A stretch of DNA of 64,000 nucleotides, from NCBI GenBank assembly GCA_020891255.1, contig BQFW01000007.1, positions 2,666,001-2,730,000 on the forward strand, in the 5' to 3' direction. Both the position numbers and the translations under genes were made by a program. The notes beneath the pieces are model-generated. The model searched no databases. It worked only from the letters and a program-made list of their open reading frames with translations, and was not told the DNA's origin. The stretch comes from Entomortierella parvispora E1425 (lineage: Eukaryota; Fungi; Mortierellomycota). Shown here piece by piece: positions 59,577 to 64,000 of this stretch. Positions within the stretch are counted from its first letter, which is position 1. Each line of letters opens with the position of its first letter.

Positions 59577-62500
59577 GGCACTAGGCGAAGTCATCCTTCG
59601 AGTTGTTATTGGAGAACACACCTGCCGTTTCACAGCCACGGTTGTTCCCGACCTAGCTCACGATGTTTTCATTGGACTTCCATGGATGTTCCGCTACAAA
59701 CCTCAAATCAATTGGGATCGCTACTCATTGACTTGGCAAGTCAATGGCCGAAAACACGAAGCCATCGCCAGATCTCAGCCCGCCAGTACCCTTCTGCAGA
59801 ACGAACAGGTACCTGAACTTGCATATGTGCAGACGAACGCACAGCGGTTCTTACACACCATGGCCGCCGATGATACACAAGAAGCAGGAATCGTTTGGTT
59901 AATGAAAACCCACGTTCCAGAACACACCCGAGCAGAAGAGCTCATGACCAACCCGGACCTGACAGTAGAACAGCAAGCTCAAATCGATGAGATAGTGAAG
60001 GAGTACCAGCAGGATGTATTCGCTCCACTCTCAGAGATGCCACCAGCCCGTCCCGGTTTCGATCACCAAATCCCCACTGGAGTAACAAGTCCTGTGGTCA
60101 AGAAGATATATAAGATGTCACCCCTCGAGCTCAAGACTCTCAAAGAACAGTTGGATGAGCTGTTACGGTTGGGGTACATCCAGCCCTCAACGTCGCCGTG
60201 GGCCGCACCAGTCCTGTTCGTCAAGAAGAAAGATGGAACATTGAGACTGTGCATCGACTATCGTGGACTCAACGCCGTCACGATCAAGAACAAGTATTTT
60301 CTCCCGCACACCGATGAATTTTTCGATCGCATGCGAGGAGCCCGTTATTTCAGCAAGTTGGATCTCCAGCAGGGATATCATCAACTTCAAGTTGCAGAAG
60401 AGGACAGACCCAAGACAGCGTTCTCTACCCGATATGGACACTACGAGTACTGTGTCATGGCTTTTGGTCTTACCAACGCGCCCGCGTCGTTTCAAGCCTT
60501 CATGAATACGATTTTCAGTAAAGAGTTGGATCAGTTCGTTGTTGTCTACCTCGATGACATCCTGATCTACTCCAAGACTTTCGAAGAACACTTGAAGCAC
60601 ATCCGAACAGTGCTATCAACGCTGCGAAAACATCACCTACATGCCAAGCAGAGCAAATGTGCGTTTGGATTATCCAGCATCACCTTCGTCGGACATGTGA
60701 TATCCTACGATGGAATTCAAGTGGATCCAGCCAAGGTCGCAGTTGTCAAGAACTGGCCCACCCCAACCAACGTACAAGAGCTTCGTTCATTCATTGGATT
60801 TGTGAACTACCATCGCCGTCATATTTTCCACCATGCCGAAGTCACTGCTTGTCTTACAGACTTGTTGACCACTGGTCCAGGCCCAAACAAAGGAAAGTTG
60901 CGACCCGTGCCTACTTGGGGCCCAGTTCAACAAGCCGCTTTCGATGGAATCAAAGAACTTCTAGCGACTACCCCTGTATTGTGCCTTGGACACCCCGATG
61001 AGCCGTACTATATGGAAACCGATGCATCCGACATTGCCACAGGAGGAGTCCTTTATCAGATGCACGAAGGCAAAAGACACCCAGTTGCCTATGAGTCACG
61101 AAAACTTAAGCCAGCCGAGAAGAACTACCCGGTCCATGAGAAGGAACTCCTCGCCATTGTTCACGCATGCAGAGCATGGCGCACGTTTATTCTTGGCGCC
61201 CCCGAAAACGTGGTCTACACTGACCATGCAAGTCTACGATTTTTGTTGACCCAGCCACACCTGAGCCCGAGAATGACCCGTTGGGTTGAATTTTTGGCCC
61301 CCTACAACCTGTCGATCCAGTATAAGGCAGGAGCCACCAACATCGCTGCAGATGCGCTTTCCAGATTGCAAGTCAACAATGTGACAGCAGGACGTCACAT
61401 CGACACTTGGGATTGGCCGTTGCTTGTCCCTGCATTTCTGGATGATGGTTCTTTTCCGCCCCATACCGATGGAGACACCAAGAAGAGAGTCCGCAAGGAG
61501 GCTCATAACTTCACGACTGATGACGACGAATTGCGCTACATGGTTGAAGGAAGAGCAGTTCCCTTCGTTCCGTTTGCAGAGCGCGCAGATCGTCTCATTG
61601 AGTTGCACACCGACATTGGACATCTTGGAGAGTCTGGAACGTTTGATTTGGCCAAGACTCGCATGTGGTGGCCCAGTCTTCGAGCAGATATCAAAGCAGT
61701 AGTACGTGAATGCAAGCCGTGTCAATTGGTCAAGCCCGGTGGTGACCGCTCTGTTGCACCGTTGCATCCATTGGCGCCAGCACGTCCGTTTGAGCGCTGG
61801 GGAATTGATTTTATTGGTCGCATGCCAGCCACCAAGAAGGGAAACCGTTGGATCATTACTGCAATCGACCATGCCACGAACTGGCCGATCGCAAGAGCCT
61901 TGCCAGAAGCAACCGCCGACGCCGTTGCTACTTTTCTCTATGAAGAGATCGTCTTACAGTTTGGCTGCCCTAGCGAGATCGTTAGCGACCGAGGAGCCAA
62001 CTTCATGTCTGACGTTCTTCAACGCTATTTGGAGAAGCTGCACATCAAACACAAGGCTACGTCTGCTTACCATCCAAGGTCGAATGGAAAGTGTGAGCGT
62101 CTCAATGGTGTTATCGGACACATGTTGAGCAAGTATGTGGGTACACACGTCCACAGCTGGGATCAGTACCTGCACCAGAGTCTGTTCGCTTGTCGCGTAC
62201 ACATCTCTCAGCGAACCAAGGTCAGCCCATTTCAACTTGTTTATGGACTTGAACCCCGTTTGCCGCAAGATCCAGTACGCCCATTCTTGTTTGATTTTCA
62301 AGATCAAGACGATTTTGCAGAACATCGTCGCAAGACTTTTCGAGAAATCGACGCCCTCCGAGAAAAGCACCTGCAGGCCCAGCAGACCGCCGCAGATGAT
62401 ATGGCCGCACACCATGAAGAGACACACACGGTCACCGATCATAAGTTCGCAGTTGGTGATTTTGTCCTGGTCAAGAACTTCGGCCGTACGAAGCTTCAAC

Positions 62501-63228
62501 CCCATTTTTATGGCCCGTTGGAAGTGATCCGTATTACGCCCTTGTCGACTTATCAGCTCCGCTGGGGAGATGGTGAGTTGAAGACGGACTTAGTACACCA
62601 AGACCGTCTTAAGCGTGCTTATCCGCCAGATGAAGCATCTGCACGCCGTGCTTGGGTCACTAAGACAAAGCACACCATGGAGCAAGCCAACGACAACTCT
62701 GACGATGGTCTTCCAATTGAAAGCCGCACTGAGGAGGAACAGCGCGTGGAGGAGGCCCTCGCTCTTAGAACCGCCAATGAAGATTACCTTGCCCGTCGCG
62801 ATCAACTTGGCACTTACGAACCGCCTATGATGGGTTCCGCCGCTGAAGCTGCCCGCGTGTACAGACAGGCACTTGCTGCTTCTGCCCCGAAGCCTCGTCG
62901 CCGTGGCCAACGTACTCGCGAACCCAGAGTCAATCAGTTGCAGGCAGGCCGAGGACGGCCTGAAGCCTGTGGGGGGAGTGTCGTGAATCAGACTGCTTTT
63001 ATCCCCGCCAGCTCCGCGTCTGATCACATGACTTACGATCACCTGACCGCCGACACGCCTGATGTTGTTGCGCGCCCTCATTGCACTTGTGCCGCGCGTC
63101 ATCGTCGTTGTCGACTACCCTCAATCGTGTATACTCACGAACGGAGCATTTCATGTTTCTCCGACATTAACCTACCAACCGTTGCCAATCAAAAGCTTGT
63201 CTCCACGCCGGTCGACCAAGCTCTTTGA
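59431..63228 (+). CDS. pol: Pol: protease C-terminal half, reverse transcriptase, RNase H, integrase (HHCC, DDE, GPY/F-like); no chromodomain
   Basis: Motifs are DVFIGLPWM, SPWAAPVLFVKKKDGTLRLCIDYRGLN, VYLDDILIYS, METDAS, H-x4-H...CKPC, WGIDFIG, IVSDRGANF, NGKCERLN and FYGPLEV. The frame is +1 relative to gag. The TTG start in the track is not a likely real initiation site. Confidence 0.97.
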   Translation: MITAPTSTLFLLVPSKLSVKNPRNPSSMKNESMSRPLYEQPMQGDLGAKALGEVILRVVIGEHTCRFTATVVPDLAHDVFIGLPWMFRYKPQINWDRYSLTWQVNGRKHEAIARSQPASTLLQNEQVPELAYVQTNAQRFLHTMAADDTQEAGIVWLMKTHVPEHTRAEELMTNPDLTVEQQAQIDEIVKEYQQDVFAPLSEMPPARPGFDHQIPTGVTSPVVKKIYKMSPLELKTLKEQLDELLRLGYIQPSTSPWAAPVLFVKKKDGTLRLCIDYRGLNAVTIKNKYFLPHTDEFFDRMRGARYFSKLDLQQGYHQLQVAEEDRPKTAFSTRYGHYEYCVMAFGLTNAPASFQAFMNTIFSKELDQFVVVYLDDILIYSKTFEEHLKHIRTVLSTLRKHHLHAKQSKCAFGLSSITFVGHVISYDGIQVDPAKVAVVKNWPTPTNVQELRSFIGFVNYHRRHIFHHAEVTACLTDLLTTGPGPNKGKLRPVPTWGPVQQAAFDGIKELLATTPVLCLGHPDEPYYMETDASDIATGGVLYQMHEGKRHPVAYESRKLKPAEKNYPVHEKELLAIVHACRAWRTFILGAPENVVYTDHASLRFLLTQPHLSPRMTRWVEFLAPYNLSIQYKAGATNIAADALSRLQVNNVTAGRHIDTWDWPLLVPAFLDDGSFPPHTDGDTKKRVRKEAHNFTTDDDELRYMVEGRAVPFVPFAERADRLIELHTDIGHLGESGTFDLAKTRMWWPSLRADIKAVVRECKPCQLVKPGGDRSVAPLHPLAPARPFERWGIDFIGRMPATKKGNRWIITAIDHATNWPIARALPEATADAVATFLYEEIVLQFGCPSEIVSDRGANFMSDVLQRYLEKLHIKHKATSAYHPRSNGKCERLNGVIGHMLSKYVGTHVHSWDQYLHQSLFACRVHISQRTKVSPFQLVYGLEPRLPQDPVRPFLFDFQDQDDFAEHRRKTFREIDALREKHLQAQQTAADDMAAHHEETHTVTDHKFAVGDFVLVKNFGRTKLQPHFYGPLEVIRITPLSTYQLRWGDGELKTDLVHQDRLKRAYPPDEASARRAWVTKTKHTMEQANDNSDDGLPIESRTEEEQRVEEALALRTANEDYLARRDQLGTYEPPMMGSAAEAARVYRQALAASAPKPRRRGQRTREPRVNQLQAGRGRPEACGGSVVNQTAFIPASSASDHMTYDHLTADTPDVVARPHCTCAARHRRCRLPSIVYTHERSISCFSDINLPTVANQKLVSTPVDQAL
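62971..62978 (+). other. Polypurine tract
   Basis: GGGGGGAG lies immediately before the 3' LTR TG. Confidence 0.85.
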
Positions 63229-63478
63229 AACCTCGGACGTTAGGGCCCCTATTCCAGAATAGTCATAAGCCCTTCACTATTTATTTCCATAGTGTCAGCA
63301 GTATAGTCTCACTTCACTACCTTCAGTATATAAGTAGCTCTGTATCGAGACTTAGAACGGCATCCTTTCTTTGCCCTTCCATCTCGATTACAGTCAAGGT
63401 AGCTGACTGTGGTGCCCAGTGTAGAAGAACACGCTCGACACACCCTAAGGATCAGTCGTGATACCGAGAGTCACGACA
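62979..63478 (+). repeat. 3' LTR (500 bp)
   Basis: Same sequence as 57589-58088. The LTR-internal ORFs in the track (57672/63062 and 57835/63225) translate identically. Confidence 0.98.
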
Positions 63479-64000
63479 ATTTGGAGAATATTTGGTTTTT
63501 TATGAATCAGAAAAATATTGTGTACGTGACTCTCTATGTACGTAATTTTATGATCACGTGATATATATTCATTGGTTTTGGTGGCAAATCGACGCGCGTG
63601 AATGCAAATGTCAACCAGCAACGTCCCCAAGGGCGCTTCAACTCTGTACATTAGCAAGATCCTGCAGCCTATGTATCTTGAGGGGAGGTCTTGACTTTTA
63701 ATGTGCTGCACTGGTATACCAGGCCGTGCATCAGGAAGTCGTCCCTCTATTGCTGTTCGATCGAACCTGAATCGATCGCGTATCTTCATTACTTCTCTCC
63801 ATTGTCAGTTCTTCGGACCTACTTTTACACCGATCAATATATAAAACATATAGTATTCTATTCCCTGTAGTCAATGCACACATTAACTCCGATTGATCTC
63901 ACCACCTCCACTATCGAACTGAACTACGGAACATGGTCCCTTTCTCAATGCAAAAAAAACCTTTTCCTACATCAGCTCCGCGCGCTCGAGATTCCAGACC

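Larger units (their letters stand above)
57589..63478 (+). mobile_element. Full-length Ty3/gypsy LTR retrotransposon, 5890 bp, with 4-bp TSD ATTT (57585-57588 / 63479-63482)
   Basis: Two 500-bp LTRs have TG...CA ends. The PBS, gag, PR-RT-RH-IN order and PPT are all present, and ATTT flanks both ends. Confidence 0.98.

Overview
Intron-rich fungal genomic DNA. The gene set, the ARM-like/WD40 and RNI-type LRR gene families and the homopolymer-rich introns suggest a Mortierellaceae-like early-diverging fungus (inference). Housekeeping genes: RFC subunit, eIF5B, POB3/SSRP1, GINS Psf1, mitochondrial NAD+ carrier, a mitochondrial AAA ATPase and class II myosin. Other genes: a secreted M64-family metallopeptidase, a GPI-type cell-surface protein, an ICMT-family methyltransferase and several orphan genes. 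Two immune-receptor-like genes are decayed: an LRR gene with two nonsense codons, and an ARM-WD40 gene lacking the usual central NACHT region. A 7-exon gene that the ORF track shows only in fragments encodes a likely P1 subunit of the MTA1c/AMT1 DNA 6mA methyltransferase complex. A foldback-like inverted repeat of about 1.7 kb has modular sub-repeats and a hairpin whose loop is flipped between the arms. The most striking feature is a complete Ty3/gypsy LTR retrotransposon (57589-63478) with apparently identical 500-bp LTRs and a 4-bp TSD, inserted 14 bp upstream of a tRNA-Leu(CAA) gene. It has no chromodomain, its gag/pol +1 frame change falls inside the protease domain, and pol runs about 82 codons into the 3' LTR. 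It is a candidate Pol III/tRNA-gene-targeting retrotransposon in a lineage where I know of no described example.
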